Assembly (NCBI GenBank): GCA_046350635.1 | Contig: JAXLZY010000001.1 | Coordinates: 11,897 to 75,896, forward strand | Length of the DNA: 64,000 nucleotides | Reading direction: 5' to 3' | Origin: Candidatus Saccharimonadales bacterium | GTDB taxonomy: Bacteria; Patescibacteriota; Saccharimonadia; Saccharimonadales; CAIOMD01 | Shown here: in pieces, positions 63,893 through 64,000 of the stretch | How positions within the stretch are numbered: position 1 is the first letter of the stretch | Layout: the number at the start of each line of letters is the position of its first letter | Notes under the pieces: generated by a model | The model's input: the letters and a program-made list of their open reading frames with translations, nothing else | Told to the model about the DNA's origin: nothing | Database searches by the model: none | Made by a program: the position numbers and the translations under genes

Positions 63893-64000
63893 ATGAAACA
63901 GGTTTTTATTGGTATTTTTGCTCACCCAGACGATGAAAGTTTTGGACCAAGTGGCACGCTCGCATTACAGATACAAAACGGTGCCGAAGTTCATCTAATA
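63893..64000 (+). CDS. PIG-L / LmbE family deacetylase, N-terminal 36 codons (continues past the window end)
   Basis: Own translation: MKQVFIGIFAHPDDESFGPSGTLALQIQNGAEVHLI. AHPDDE is the family signature. Confidence 0.65.
   Translation, partial: MKQVFIGIFAHPDDESFGPSGTLALQIQNGAEVHLI

Noticed and set aside
1-64000. CRISPR arrays, rRNA genes, transposases/IS elements, prophage genes and known defence systems.
   Set aside because: Reading the window on both strands showed no direct-repeat/spacer arrays, no rRNA signatures, and no transposase, integrase-with-cargo, capsid, terminase or restriction-modification gene sets.

Overview
Gene-dense, A+T-leaning bacterial chromosome segment, with most genes on the minus strand. 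The content looks like a reduced Candidatus Saccharibacteria (TM7)/CPR-type genome; this is an inference, not a database result. It is based on a complete Gram-positive-style type IV pilus operon, an LPXTG surface protein, MurT/GatD, RNase J, very short intergenic spacers and almost no biosynthetic genes. I can support about 70 CDS: gyrB (partial), umuDC, a VirD4/TraG-like ATPase, comM, infC-rpmI-rplT, thrS, nrdR, ndk, uppP, a Xer-type recombinase, pilM-N-O-B-T-C-A-D plus four minor pilins, ychF, tlyA, efp, rpsF-ssb-rpsR, ftsK, rnj, pnp, rpsO and truB. I also find 6 tRNAs, RNase P RNA, a T-box leader on thrS and several promoters and terminators. No rRNA, CRISPR array, transposase or phage genes were seen. 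Observations worth following up: (1) An abrupt G+C-rich island of about 1 kb (about 49066-50045) encodes an actinobacterial-style LAKTG (class E sortase) surface protein. It is driven by a consensus promoter that nearly duplicates a neighbouring native promoter. The two explanations are host-to-epibiont gene transfer or an assembly chimera. (2) A tandemly duplicated two-gene cassette sits upstream of pilM. Its second large gene is a mosaic pseudogene with near-identical flanks around a diverged, frameshifted core. (3) Four of the six tRNA loci carry exact partial tRNA copies 80-180 bp away, separated by structured spacers that share a covarying hairpin module. tRNA-Arg is nested inside a split older copy. 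(4) Two unannotated structured sRNA candidates. (5) Smaller items: a homopolymer frameshift in a 2H phosphoesterase gene, an AUU start on infC, an ATL (Cys to Trp) alkyltransferase-like protein, an ASCH-RNase H fusion, and an inverted pair of perfect DnaA boxes.
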